A DNA stretch of 61,645 bases, filler included, from 3 parts of 3 records of this genome joined end to end with filler, not necessarily neighbours in it, one strand, 5' to 3'. Positions 9,721 through 19,662 are shown, counted from the whole stretch's first letter. Translations and numbers: made by a program. Notes: generated by a model not told the origin, from the sequence alone.

Positions 9721-11352
9721 TTATGTGTTGCCATTTGCCATCGTTATTACCCGTTTTAGTGTCCAACGTAATAATACGGGAATGGTTTCAACCCCACCTT
9801 CCTCACAATGCGACATTATTGCCAGTGCCAAATCAGGTTTAGCGTGTTTTTTAAGTACTCTGGTTACCACCTTTTTGGCTGGGATAGGCTGGTCATGTGG
9901 AATTTTTACCATGTCTTTAAAGAAGAATTCAAAACCATGTGAATAGAGGAAATGTTCGATATCTCTATCTGGCAGCTCAGTCAGTCTGTGCCTTTGTTGA
10001 TCTTGACCTAGCATGTTGATAACCGTCGCTGAATACTTTTTGCCAGCCGAATCACCATCCGTCACCACATGCCAGTCAATGCCGAAGGACTTGGCAATTT
10101 TGATGAGTGATTTCAAACCCGATTGGGCAAATTCTATAATTTGTACACCTTCAGCGGCCAGGTTGTAGCCACACTGCCGAGCAAGTTCACTGAACAGCCA
10201 TACTTCAGTTTCCCCTTCGACTAATAGCCAACACCTTGCAAATAGGGCACCGGTACGGTGAAAACGGATATGGAAGCCAATTCTTCTTAATTCATCTTGG
10301 CCAAAGCCTTTATCCGGCATTTGAGTGGCGATGGTCTTGTCTGACTTCCTCACCAGTCGCCTTATGGAATGTAAAGGAACAGAGCCCAGAAGTTCGCCAC
10401 TGTTGGTGGTAAGGATCTTCTGCATCGGGAGCAGTTCAAGCAGGCTCCAAGCGCGCGCTAAGTGTGTTGGATGTAAACGACCTTCAGGATCTTCTATGAT
10501 CAAAATAGGTCGTGCACAACGACGGAAATCCTGAGGCCCTTTTGCTTGCAAGTAGGCATTTAATAGACCTAAAAATAATAGCCTTGTTTGGCGGTCTTTT
10601 GTCTCGCCAACCATTTGCTTTAAGCTTTTTGCACTGGTAGGGCTAGTGTAAACCAAACTTTCTCGCTCACGGCGAGGATTCTTGCGATTCTGACTCTTAA
10701 AGGAAAAATAGTGGTCTACCAAGGCATTCATGGCATTCAGGCTACTGCGCATTTCTCCTTTATTAACATGGCCAGGAATCGCCATTAAACGTCGGCAGGT
10801 ATTATCAATGCGTTTTTCAATTCGGGAGTTTTCCTTATCCGCTTTGTTAAACGGGCGAATAAAACGTCTTGAATCCCTTAGGCGGATTACAGGATGCAAA
10901 CTCATTAACTCCTGGGCTAGCTTATCTGAGTGATGGACAGGGATAGTGTTGCCACTAAGATCAAGGAAAGAATAATGAGTGGTAATGTCGTATTGTGCCC
11001 TAGAGGCACTAACACGATAAATAATTCTGTGCTGACCATTCTCATCTTCACACCAAATGGGTTTGAGTTTTCTGTAACGACCGGCACGGTGTTCATTTTT
11101 ATCGGTAGAAACAAAGCTTAGAATAATCTGCAAGTTTTGAGTTTGGGGGTGAGAAATGGAGTAGTCGACATGAAAATCTTGCATTTCAAACTGATAAGGC
11201 TCTGAGCTTGACGGCAACATGACAGACAAGGCGTCGAGCAATGACGATTTACCCCAAGTGTTTTCGCCGATTAATGTGGTTAATTCATCAAATGATAAAG
11301 ACATACGGCGGATGCCGCGAAAGCCTGAAATTTCAATACGTTCTAATAGCAT
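9721..11352 (-). CDS. ybjD: OLD-family ATP-dependent endonuclease (YbjD/DUF2813-like)
   Basis: Walker A GENTWGKSS, Walker B IIEDPE, Toprim LLVEGETE and TDGD. Confidence 0.88.
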   Translation of the reverse strand: MLLERIEISGFRGIRRMSLSFDELTTLIGENTWGKSSLLDALSVMLPSSSEPYQFEMQDFHVDYSISHPQTQNLQIILSFVSTDKNEHRAGRYRKLKPIWCEDENGQHRIIYRVSASRAQYDITTHYSFLDLSGNTIPVHHSDKLAQELMSLHPVIRLRDSRRFIRPFNKADKENSRIEKRIDNTCRRLMAIPGHVNKGEMRSSLNAMNALVDHYFSFKSQNRKNPRRERESLVYTSPTSAKSLKQMVGETKDRQTRLLFLGLLNAYLQAKGPQDFRRCARPILIIEDPEGRLHPTHLARAWSLLELLPMQKILTTNSGELLGSVPLHSIRRLVRKSDKTIATQMPDKGFGQDELRRIGFHIRFHRTGALFARCWLLVEGETEVWLFSELARQCGYNLAAEGVQIIEFAQSGLKSLIKIAKSFGIDWHVVTDGDSAGKKYSATVINMLGQDQQRHRLTELPDRDIEHFLYSHGFEFFFKDMVKIPHDQPIPAKKVVTRVLKKHAKPDLALAIMSHCEEGGVETIPVLLRWTLKRVITMANGNT

Positions 11353-11667
11353 AGGCAGACTCCTTTTACCCCATAGACGACAGGGCGGGTACTTAATACC
11401 CAGGTAACGCTCTGATGAACATTGCGTACTTTGTGTTCGCTGTCACCGAGGTTACTTATTTATAAGCATAATGTAAAAATGCTAAATAAGTATATGACTC
11501 GTTTCACATCCTACTGATTATTAAAGAGAACCCAAATTTAGCCCTGTATTGATAAATGTTTGTTGCCGATAACACCTCAATGATGGGAATGGGTTATGCG
11601 TCGCTTAGTGCCTTCATATGACTCAGATTTCAACAATTTATCGTGCCGCTCTTTTGAGAATCTTGCC

Positions 11668-11683
11668 TGTGACATGGATTACA
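11668..11683. promoter_or_regulatory. CRP site upstream of nucleotidase
   Basis: TGTGA-catgga-TTACA; a second candidate TATGA-ctcgtt-TCACA at 11493-11508. Confidence 0.5.
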
Positions 11684-11813
11684 GTCAGTGTTGCATTTAA
11701 TAGATAGTAGGATGAATGATCGCCGGTTTACTTACCAGACGGTTTCATTACGATCACGAATCTGTCATCATCCATGCGCTAGGATTAGGGTGGAATATAC
11801 GAGAAGTAAAGAT

Positions 11814-13562
11814 ATGAAAAAAACAAAAGAAACACAGAATATAACGTCAATCACCCTTGCACACATCAACGATACTCACTCTTATTTTGAACCGACCTCT
11901 CAACAGCTAACGTTAAACATCAATGGTAAATCCTTGACGCCGTTTGTTAGCACCGGCGGTTTCGCGCGTATTGCAACTCGGATTCAGCAACTAAAGCAAG
12001 ACGCTGAACGAATGAATAGAGAGTTTATTTTCCTTCACGCCGGAGATTGCTTCCAAGGCACTTTGTATTTCTCTTTATTTAAAGGAAAAGCCAATGCCGA
12101 TATGTTGAATGCGATTGGTATCGACGCGATGGCTCTGGGTAACCATGAACTCGATATGGGGAATGAACCGGTAGCACTGTTTGCTCAACGTACGAACTTC
12201 CCACTACTGGCAGGCAACTGGGACCTGTCGCAAGAGCGAGCAGATAAGCAGCATCGGCTATCTAATAACAGCAGTGTGAAGTCATATGACGTTCATCGTC
12301 ATTGCGCCACTTGGATAACCAAAGGTACTGGTGATAAGCAAGTAGCTATTTTTGGACTCTCGCTCGATAAGATGGAAGACATCGCAAATCCTGACAGTGA
12401 TACTCCTTTTATCAATTCACTAGAGACAGCCCGAAACACAGTTAAAGCGATCCATCAATCCGGTATCAACAAGATTATTCTGCTTAGTCATTTAGGTTAT
12501 GACGCTGATAAAGAGCTAGCAGAAAAAGTCACCGGTATTGGCGTTATTGTGGGAGGGCATAGCCATGTCCTGCAAGGCGATTTCAGTGCGTTGGGTTTAC
12601 CATGTGAAGAAGCATACGGCCAATTTATTAATGGTACTTATGTCGTACAGTCAGGCCTTTATGCTCTGGCTGTTGGACACAGTCACATTGATTTTGACAA
12701 CGACGGCAATGTGGTTAAGTTTGAGGGACGAAACGAGTTATTACTGGGCAGACGTCTGTTTCTTGATGCGAGCATGAGTGAAGCGGGTAGCGATTCGGCT
12801 CATATTGAAGCGTGTGAGTTTGTCAACAATCACCCTAATGTGGTGGTTTGTAAAAAAGATCCCGATGTTCAAGGCATTCTACTTAACAAGTACATTCCTA
12901 AAGTTCGAGAGTTACAAAATCAGATGATTGCGGAAGCTTCACAGCCTTTAAGGCATGTACGTATTCCAGATGAGAGGGGGCCGAGTGAACTTGCTCCCTT
13001 AGTTGCTCAGTCATTTGTTCATGCGATGCAAGAGGACGGGCATGAGGTTCAGTTTGCGATACACAATGCTGGTGGTGTGAGAACGTCAATTCAGGCGGGC
13101 AAAGTTTCGGTTGCCGATATTGCGGGAAAATTATTGCCGTTTGCGGTGCCAATTGGCGTTTATACTGTGACAGGAGAAACAATCGCACTGACACTTGAAG
13201 GTGCGATTAATAATGCCACCAACAATGGTGTTGAAGGTACGGGGTCGGGCAGTTATCCGTACACACATAACTTACGCTATCGTTACGAAGCCACGAACCC
13301 AATTGGCAAACGTATCATTGAGTTATCTATCTTTATTGGTGGACGTTGGCAGAGTATCAATTCTCAGGCTTATTACTGCGGCTCTTCGTCTGCTTATACC
13401 ATGAAAGGTAAAGAGGGGTATGACGCGATAGTGGCAATGAGAGGGGAAGGGATTGTGAGTAACGTGTCGATGGCGGATGCATTTATCCGCTTGTTGACGT
13501 CGCAGCCGAATTTGCTCAACGACAACCAACACAAGGTCTTGAATTCGAATAGTATTTACTAA
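11814..13562 (+). CDS. Bifunctional metallophosphatase/5'-nucleotidase
   Basis: HINDTHS, AGDCFQG, GNHELD, LSHLG, GGHSH, NAGGVR; ATG 11814 preferred; no signal peptide. Confidence 0.92.
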   Translation: MKKTKETQNITSITLAHINDTHSYFEPTSQQLTLNINGKSLTPFVSTGGFARIATRIQQLKQDAERMNREFIFLHAGDCFQGTLYFSLFKGKANADMLNAIGIDAMALGNHELDMGNEPVALFAQRTNFPLLAGNWDLSQERADKQHRLSNNSSVKSYDVHRHCATWITKGTGDKQVAIFGLSLDKMEDIANPDSDTPFINSLETARNTVKAIHQSGINKIILLSHLGYDADKELAEKVTGIGVIVGGHSHVLQGDFSALGLPCEEAYGQFINGTYVVQSGLYALAVGHSHIDFDNDGNVVKFEGRNELLLGRRLFLDASMSEAGSDSAHIEACEFVNNHPNVVVCKKDPDVQGILLNKYIPKVRELQNQMIAEASQPLRHVRIPDERGPSELAPLVAQSFVHAMQEDGHEVQFAIHNAGGVRTSIQAGKVSVADIAGKLLPFAVPIGVYTVTGETIALTLEGAINNATNNGVEGTGSGSYPYTHNLRYRYEATNPIGKRIIELSIFIGGRWQSINSQAYYCGSSSAYTMKGKEGYDAIVAMRGEGIVSNVSMADAFIRLLTSQPNLLNDNQHKVLNSNSIY

Positions 13563-13626
13563 TGGCATACCCTTTGCTTATATCTCGAAGAGAGATTCTT
13601 TTCGGTGTAAAGGCGAGGGGAAAGCC

Positions 13627-13722
13627 ATGTGGATACGCGATTGGTTAGACACTGTAGCTGTCATAGGTTGGATTGGCATTTGGGCATTGCTCATTTACAT
13701 TTTGCCGCTTGCAGGTGTTTAA
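13627..13722 (+). CDS. Small membrane protein, 31 aa (absent from ORF track)
   Basis: GAGGGG RBS; MWIRDWLDTVAVIGWIGIWALLIYILPLAGV; terminator immediately after. Confidence 0.7.
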   Translation: MWIRDWLDTVAVIGWIGIWALLIYILPLAGV

Positions 13723-13738
13723 CAACATAAAGCAGTTT

Positions 13739-13766
13739 AAAAGGAGCTAATGATGGCTCCTTTTTT
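13739..13766 (+). terminator. Intrinsic terminator
   Basis: AAGGAGC...GCTCCTT plus T-run. Confidence 0.8.
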
Positions 13767-14078
13767 GTTTCCTTTTGCATCATCGCGAGCGGTATTGATG
13801 ATATGAGATGCAGCTAACAAATTGTTCATGAAGGACATTGTAAATATTTTGTAAACACATTTGCTGAGCAATATTTGAACTGAATAGATATTCGTAAAGT
13901 GGTACTTTTGGTGATTTTTTATCCGTATGTTGGGTATTTATATTGCAGCCTTTGTAAATGAATTGTTCCATTAGTTATATTTATCCGAAATTCCAAATTT
14001 TGTCATTTTTTAACTCGGGTTTCTTTGCCTATCATTAGCGCAAATACAACAAGTTACCGAGTTTTAAGAGAGGCTACT

Positions 14079-14270
14079 ATGGCACAAGCAATGTATGCAG
14101 GCAGTGTTGCAACTACCACCTCTATGGACAAAAAAACCTATGCGGTTAACTTCAAAGGATTGATAGCACATCTGTTAGATATTTTATTTGTAGATAGCAA
14201 GAAAACTGAATACTACTACAGCTCTGATATCTCAAGTCACCTGCAACGTGACATCGGTTTGAACCGATAA
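14079..14270 (+). CDS. Small protein (63 aa) with DUF1127-like C-terminus
   Basis: GAGAGG RBS before ATG 14079; ends ISSHLQRDIGLNR; own terminator. Confidence 0.7.
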   Translation: MAQAMYAGSVATTTSMDKKTYAVNFKGLIAHLLDILFVDSKKTEYYYSSDISSHLQRDIGLNR

Positions 14271-14288
14271 AACAGATGAGTATGAATT

Positions 14289-14326
14289 AAAAAAGCCGAA
14301 TACATTATTTTGTATTCGGCTTTTTT
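14289..14326. terminator. Bidirectional intrinsic terminator
   Basis: AAAAAAGCCGAATACA-ttattt-TGTATTCGGCTTTTTT. Confidence 0.9.
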
Positions 14327-14414
14327 GTATCTCAGAACAACCGCTAAGTAAAATGGTCAACATTTGAGGCTGTTTGGAGCATCTGATTAGTTATAAAAAC
14401 TAATCAGACTGGTA

Positions 14415-14981
14415 TTATTTCTTACGGCAGTACTCAGCAATAATGTACATCGACTGACCGTTTGCTTTGCCTGAAATAAGTTTTGGATCATCGCCTAAGC
14501 TAATGCCACGCACAACCGTACCTTGCTTAATTACTTGCGATGAGCCTTTGATAGGAAGGTCTTTAATAATTGTTACGTCGTCACCTTTCTTAAGCTCTAC
14601 GCCGTTAACATCACGCGGTTTTTCAGCATCATCGTCCATGCCGATTTCAGCCCACTTAGCCACATCTTCTTCCATGTACATCATGTCTAACAGATCTTGT
14701 GCCCAGCCTTCATCAGAAGAGAGACGCTTAAGCTGACGCCATGCAAGAACCTGAACAGGAGCAACTTGGCTCCACATGCTGTCGTTTAAACAACGCCAGT
14801 GGTTTGTATCTACTGTGTCTGGATCGTCGATTTGCCCTTTACAGGTGTCACATAGCATTGCTGCGTGATCAACAGTGATCTGAGTGTGTGGTGCAACCAC
14901 AAATGGAGTTAGAGATGTTTCTGCAGAGCAAAGCTCACATTTTGAGCCACAGCGTTCTAGCAAAGTTGCTTCAGTAGACAT
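14415..14981 (-). CDS. phnA: PhnA domain-containing protein (long form)
   Basis: CELC and LCDTC Zn motifs; RDVNGVELKKGDDVTIIKDL...IKQGT PhnA domain. Confidence 0.88.
   Translation of the reverse strand: MSTEATLLERCGSKCELCSAETSLTPFVVAPHTQITVDHAAMLCDTCKGQIDDPDTVDTNHWRCLNDSMWSQVAPVQVLAWRQLKRLSSDEGWAQDLLDMMYMEEDVAKWAEIGMDDDAEKPRDVNGVELKKGDDVTIIKDLPIKGSSQVIKQGTVVRGISLGDDPKLISGKANGQSMYIIAEYCRKK
14572..14584. promoter_or_regulatory. matS-like site
   Basis: GTTACGTCGTCAC. Confidence 0.55.
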
Positions 14982-15156
14982 ATACCCACCTTTGTAAAAA
15001 TTTGTAAGCGCGTATTATCCACGTTATGCACAAGATTTAAAGGGTTATTCAAAGATTAATAATATATTACAGCTGGTTTTACCTTTATCTGACAAATGGC
15101 ATAATCGTCGCTTAACTAAGGTCAACAGACCCTAATATCTAGAGTAGAATAAATCT

Positions 15157-16239
15157 GTGGAACTATTAAATACCACCTTGTTAGGAAAACCGTTAAGGCT
15201 TGAAGGTTCAATGGCTGGGTGGCAACAACTCTATTGGGACAATACGCTGGTTTCGCAGCATGATGCCCAGTCTGAACAACACTCTGCGTTTGTTCATCAC
15301 TTTCAATTGGCAAACGGAGAGCAAGTGATTGACTGCTGTTTAGAAGCAGAACTCACCTGGCAGCCTTTTTCTTTTCAATATCGAGTACTTGTCGATCAAC
15401 AAGTTGTTTCCGATGGTTCTCGATCTGAGAAGGATATAGAAAAACAAGTGCCTGTTACGCCACCACCCGCGGAGCGACGTTTTAGTTTAATCGGTATCGT
15501 TTCTTTAGGAATGAAAGCACTTAAGAGTGCGAAAATCATTAAGGTGTTGCTGGCCTCTGCAAGTTTAGCGGCTTACACTTGGCTGTTCAGTTATCAGTTT
15601 GCATTGGTGCTCATTGCTTGTCTTGTCTTCCATGAATATGGTCACGTAAGAGCAATGAAGTATTTTGGAATGAAAACCAAAGGGATTTACCTGGTTCCAT
15701 TTTTGGGTGGCTTAGCATTGAGCGACGAGAAAATTAATACTCGTTGGCAGGATGTGGTGATATCGATAATGGGGCCTTGTTTCGGCTTTCTGTTATCACT
15801 GATGCTACTTGTGGTTTATTGGCTCACGGACAGCCAGTTTTGGGCTGCTATTGCGGTATTTAACGCATTCTTAAACCTGTTTAATTTACTGCCAATCTTG
15901 CCATTAGATGGAGGCCATGTATTAAAGAGTATTAGCTTCTCGATGAACAGTCGGGTGGGGATGTTGCTTTGTATCGGTACGATCGTCGGTGGTATTGCTT
16001 TAAGCTATACATTAGGCCTGACGCTACTGGGATTTTTGCTCATTATGGGCTCGCTCGATTTAATTTTTGAATGGAAGCATCGCCATCACAGTCACCTGTT
16101 GCCTTTGGACAGATATGGTCAGATCGTTTCTTCTGTATGGTATGTTGGGTTATTGGTTGGTTTAATCAGCATTATCGTGGGCTTTGCTGCAACGGGCGAT
16201 ACACTATTAAGTATCCCGCTGATCATTCTGGGTACTTAG
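15157..16239 (+). CDS. Site-2 protease family (M50) membrane metalloprotease with N-terminal soluble beta domain
   Basis: HEYGH and NLLPILPLDGG motifs; multiple TMs. Confidence 0.92.
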   Translation: MELLNTTLLGKPLRLEGSMAGWQQLYWDNTLVSQHDAQSEQHSAFVHHFQLANGEQVIDCCLEAELTWQPFSFQYRVLVDQQVVSDGSRSEKDIEKQVPVTPPPAERRFSLIGIVSLGMKALKSAKIIKVLLASASLAAYTWLFSYQFALVLIACLVFHEYGHVRAMKYFGMKTKGIYLVPFLGGLALSDEKINTRWQDVVISIMGPCFGFLLSLMLLVVYWLTDSQFWAAIAVFNAFLNLFNLLPILPLDGGHVLKSISFSMNSRVGMLLCIGTIVGGIALSYTLGLTLLGFLLIMGSLDLIFEWKHRHHSHLLPLDRYGQIVSSVWYVGLLVGLISIIVGFAATGDTLLSIPLIILGT

Positions 16240-16248
16240 TTCTATTAG

Positions 16249-16276
16249 TAACAAGGGAGCGGTTGCTCCCTTGTTA
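16249..16276. terminator. Hairpin terminator between convergent genes
   Basis: TAACAAGGGAGC-ggtt-GCTCCCTTGTTA. Confidence 0.75.
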
Positions 16277-16294
16277 AATATAATAAGCCGAAAA

Positions 16295-17086
16295 TTAAAT
16301 GGTGCAGTTAGGTCTGTTAGCTGGCCTGTTTGGTAGCTGTTTTATTTTCGAGCTTAGATCTTGAATTCGGGTGCTGTGCGAAGGGTGAGTAGAAAGTAAC
16401 TCGGGTGGAGCACTGCCACCAGAAGCTTTGGCCATGTTCTTCCACAGATCAATACTCTGGTTAGGATCAAAGCCTGCTTTTGCCATCAACTCTAATCCAA
16501 CAATATCCGCTTCCGATTCTTGAGTCCTGCCATAGGGAAGTAATACCCCGTATTGAACACCCACACCTAACGCCGCCATCGTCATGTTTCGATATTGAGC
16601 GTATTCAGAAGCGCCAAGTGCAATATCGGTTAATTGTAAACCCGCATTAGCAAGTTGAGATTGCGACAGTCGCTCATTGCTGTGGTTCGCCAGCACATGA
16701 GCAATTTCATGTCCAATAACGGTCGCCAATTGATCTTGATTGACCGCCACGTTCAACAATCCGGTGTAGACGCCGATTTTTCCTCCAGGTAATGCAAAGG
16801 CATTAACCTGGTCACTGTCAAAAACCACCACTTCCCAATTCGTGAAACTGCCTTGTTTAGGGACATAGGCGGTTATAGCGTTGGCGACACATTGGACGTA
16901 AGCATTGGTTTTAGGATCGGTATTAATCGGAGTGTCGGTTTTCATCTGACCGAAAGATTGGGCTCCTAATGAAGACATGTCTTGATCTGAAAATAGCAGT
17001 AGTTGATTACGCCCAGTGGGTGAAGCACTACATGCTATGAGACCTGCAGAAGCTAATAATAAAGAGGTTTTTATTATTTTGTTCAT
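16295..17086 (-). CDS. M48 family metallopeptidase lipoprotein
   Basis: Lipobox LIAC; NAFALPGG, HEIAH, ESEAD, STHP. Confidence 0.93.
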   Translation of the reverse strand: MNKIIKTSLLLASAGLIACSASPTGRNQLLLFSDQDMSSLGAQSFGQMKTDTPINTDPKTNAYVQCVANAITAYVPKQGSFTNWEVVVFDSDQVNAFALPGGKIGVYTGLLNVAVNQDQLATVIGHEIAHVLANHSNERLSQSQLANAGLQLTDIALGASEYAQYRNMTMAALGVGVQYGVLLPYGRTQESEADIVGLELMAKAGFDPNQSIDLWKNMAKASGGSAPPELLSTHPSHSTRIQDLSSKIKQLPNRPANRPNCTI

Positions 17087-17202
17087 GGTTACTTCCATGT
17101 GGATGAATTAACCAAACTATAATATCACGTGAAATGAAAAATGGTGATCCAAAACTGACATCGCTACAATGGTGATTCTTCAAATCTATTCAGGACGTTA
17201 CG

Positions 17203-17655
17203 ATGGAAATATGGAAAAAGCCTATCAGTTTAGACATTTTAAATGCAACCAACAAAAATACCCTGATGGAGCATCTAAACATCGTTTATACACAGTTGGG
17301 TGACGATACCATATCGGCAACAATGCCAGTGTGTCATTTTACTCATCAACCTTTAGGGATGTTGCACGGGGGAGCATCCGTTGTGCTCGCCGAAACCTTA
17401 GGTTCAGTAGCAGCGAATTTTGCCGTTGATGACGACAGTTACTGTGTTGGTCTCGATATTAATGCAAACCACATCCGTTCTATGCGCTCTGGACATGTTA
17501 TTGGTACAACGAATCCTATCCACATTGGTGTATCTACCCAAGTTTGGCAAATCAACATTACCGATGAACGTGATCGTCTAGTGTGTACCAGCCGCCTGAC
17601 CATTGCAGTTAAGAAGAAACGTAATGATCGTCAACAATTGAGAGCTGAGGGTTAA
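17203..17655 (+). CDS. Hotdog-fold thioesterase (MenI/YdiI-like)
   Basis: QPLGMLHGGASVVLAET; GLDINANH. Confidence 0.92.
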   Translation: MEIWKKPISLDILNATNKNTLMEHLNIVYTQLGDDTISATMPVCHFTHQPLGMLHGGASVVLAETLGSVAANFAVDDDSYCVGLDINANHIRSMRSGHVIGTTNPIHIGVSTQVWQINITDERDRLVCTSRLTIAVKKKRNDRQQLRAEG

Positions 17656-17886
17656 ATGGTCATTGAGTTTCTATATGGGAAGATCATTGTCACTCCTCAT
17701 GAGCTCGTTGTTCGCCTAGATGGAGAACATAAAGTTACCATGCAAGCGGCATCAGATGCGGTACAGCTCATTGGTGGAGCTAATGTTGTTGTGGTTAATG
17801 GAAGTGAGTCTAAATGGTCAATTAAGCTGGATAATGACCAACAACTAAAACAGATTGCTGGACAATTGGGATGTGCTGTCAGTTAA
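17656..17886 (+). CDS. DUF3389 family protein
   Basis: MVIEF..GKII...KWSIKLDN pattern; abuts thioesterase stop. Confidence 0.75.
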   Translation: MVIEFLYGKIIVTPHELVVRLDGEHKVTMQAASDAVQLIGGANVVVVNGSESKWSIKLDNDQQLKQIAGQLGCAVS

Positions 17887-17965
17887 AAACGATAAACTGA
17901 CTTGCATGGCAATGGAAAAATGAGGAAACTCTACTTTAGTTCTGTTGATATGAGATTTCCTCTTT

Positions 17966-19660
17966 ATGAGTAGCCCTCGCTTGCGTGTTCAATTTGAAAC
18001 CCTTTTTGAACACTTTAATGGTCAAAACGCTGATACCCAACTGGAAGATGTTACTGACATTTTGTTTTGTACTCGTCGAAATGCGCGCATTGTACTGAAC
18101 AAGATGGAAGAAGAAGGGTGGATAGAGTGGCACCCAGCAGCAGGACGAGGCAAGCTTTCCAAACTTATCTTTAAGCGAAGCCGAGCGGATGTGAGTGAAA
18201 ATTTGGCTCGACGCTATCTTGATGAAGGAAAAATTAGTCAGGCACTGGCGGTACTGGATGATGATGCGAACAAATTAGCTCAAGTTATCCAAAGCTATCT
18301 CGGTGTACAACATCAAGAAGGCCTACAGGTGATACGTCTGCCGTATTATCGACCGCTATCCATGCTTAACCCTCATAAGCCGATGCGCCGTTCAGAGCAA
18401 CACATCGCGCGTCAAATATACAGTGGGTTAACGCGCTTTGATGAAAATGAGAATCTCCAGCCCGATCTCGCTCATGCATGGGAATGTATCGACAAAAACC
18501 ATTGGCGCTTTTATTTACGCCCTGGCGTACGTTTTCACAACGGTGACCTTCTTACGACCGATATTGTCGTTGATAGCTTATTCAATCTTAAATCTTTCAA
18601 TATTTTTTCTCATATTGAAAAGGTAGTGTCGCCCGCCGATTGCATTGTTGATATCTATCTAAATAAACCCGATGTTCGATTACCACTGTTATTGGCAGAA
18701 TGCTGTGCGAAAGTGCTGTTACCTCAAGCCTCGCGGAATGACGATTTTGATTTACTCCCGGTGGGAACTGGGCCTTACAAAGTATTTCTTAACGACGATA
18801 AGCGCTTAATCTTACAAGCATTCGATGGCTATTTTGGTTATCGACCTCTATTAGATCGCGTAGAAGTGTGGGTTATCGATGAAAGCCATTCTTCAATGGT
18901 TTTTCCAAGCTTATCGAATCCAATTAAGACTCAACGCGGTTCATCTACAGAAGATGTTGATTTGGACCCAGGGTGTACTTATTTTCTACTTAATCGTCGT
19001 AACGGCATCGCATCTGATGATGCATGGGCAGAGTATTTTTTCAGTAAATTTAACACCCTGAACTTATACCGACAGATTCCTGAAGAAAAAATTGTGGAAC
19101 TTGGCGTGTTACCTGCTTATGGTTTGAAGCCAGGGTGGTATCATCAATTACCTGTTGGTGACAATGTCACGCCACCTGAAAAAATTAACGTCACGATTGC
19201 GTATCATGCGCAACATCCTATGTTTTCCATGATGGCAAAAATTGTCGAACGCCTTTTAAAACAAGATCAGATTGGTGTTGATTTCATAAAGTATGAAACG
19301 ACGGTTGAAGACGCCGATAAAGTAGATATTTGGATTAAACCGATGGGAATCGCGAACCATCGAGATGACGCTCTGGCAAGTTGGCTACTCAATGACTCTG
19401 ATATTGAGCACTTAAGCCGAGATGAAGATTTTCTATCTTGGACAGCATTAATCGATGATTGGCGTGCAGATGATAAGGTCGCATTTCCTGGTAAAGAGAT
19501 TGGACGTGCTTTAGTTGAGTCTCACCAAGTCATACCTATGGTTCACTGTTGGTTAGGGGTTAGTAAAGATCAATGTGGTTCGTTACAAAACGCCAAATGC
19601 AATGCTTTGGGCTGGTTTGATTTCAGTCAGGTTTGGGTTAAGCCTGAGTTTAAGATTTAG
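17966..19660 (+). CDS. SgrR family transcriptional regulator (HTH plus SBP_bac_5 domain)
   Basis: LFCTRRNAR...GWIEWHPAAGRGKLS N-domain; PDLAHAW, GTGPY. Confidence 0.93.
   Translation: MSSPRLRVQFETLFEHFNGQNADTQLEDVTDILFCTRRNARIVLNKMEEEGWIEWHPAAGRGKLSKLIFKRSRADVSENLARRYLDEGKISQALAVLDDDANKLAQVIQSYLGVQHQEGLQVIRLPYYRPLSMLNPHKPMRRSEQHIARQIYSGLTRFDENENLQPDLAHAWECIDKNHWRFYLRPGVRFHNGDLLTTDIVVDSLFNLKSFNIFSHIEKVVSPADCIVDIYLNKPDVRLPLLLAECCAKVLLPQASRNDDFDLLPVGTGPYKVFLNDDKRLILQAFDGYFGYRPLLDRVEVWVIDESHSSMVFPSLSNPIKTQRGSSTEDVDLDPGCTYFLLNRRNGIASDDAWAEYFFSKFNTLNLYRQIPEEKIVELGVLPAYGLKPGWYHQLPVGDNVTPPEKINVTIAYHAQHPMFSMMAKIVERLLKQDQIGVDFIKYETTVEDADKVDIWIKPMGIANHRDDALASWLLNDSDIEHLSRDEDFLSWTALIDDWRADDKVAFPGKEIGRALVESHQVIPMVHCWLGVSKDQCGSLQNAKCNALGWFDFSQVWVKPEFKI
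19158..19170. promoter_or_regulatory. matS site (perfect consensus)
   Basis: GTGACAATGTCAC matches GTGACRNYGTCAC. Confidence 0.7.
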
Positions 19661-19662
19661 TG

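Noticed and set aside
9721-11352. OLD nuclease as an anti-phage system (Gabija, PARIS, retron)
   Set aside because: No UvrD helicase, reverse transcriptase or partner gene adjacent; sits among core genes like stand-alone YbjD
11688-11813. N-terminal extensions in the ORF track (also 4554-4610, 14025-14078, 32053-32118, 58194-58256)
   Set aside because: Downstream starts have better RBS or family-consistent N-termini
13780-13971. 63-aa intergenic ORF on the minus strand
   Set aside because: No RBS or recognisable features; overlaps probable promoter DNA
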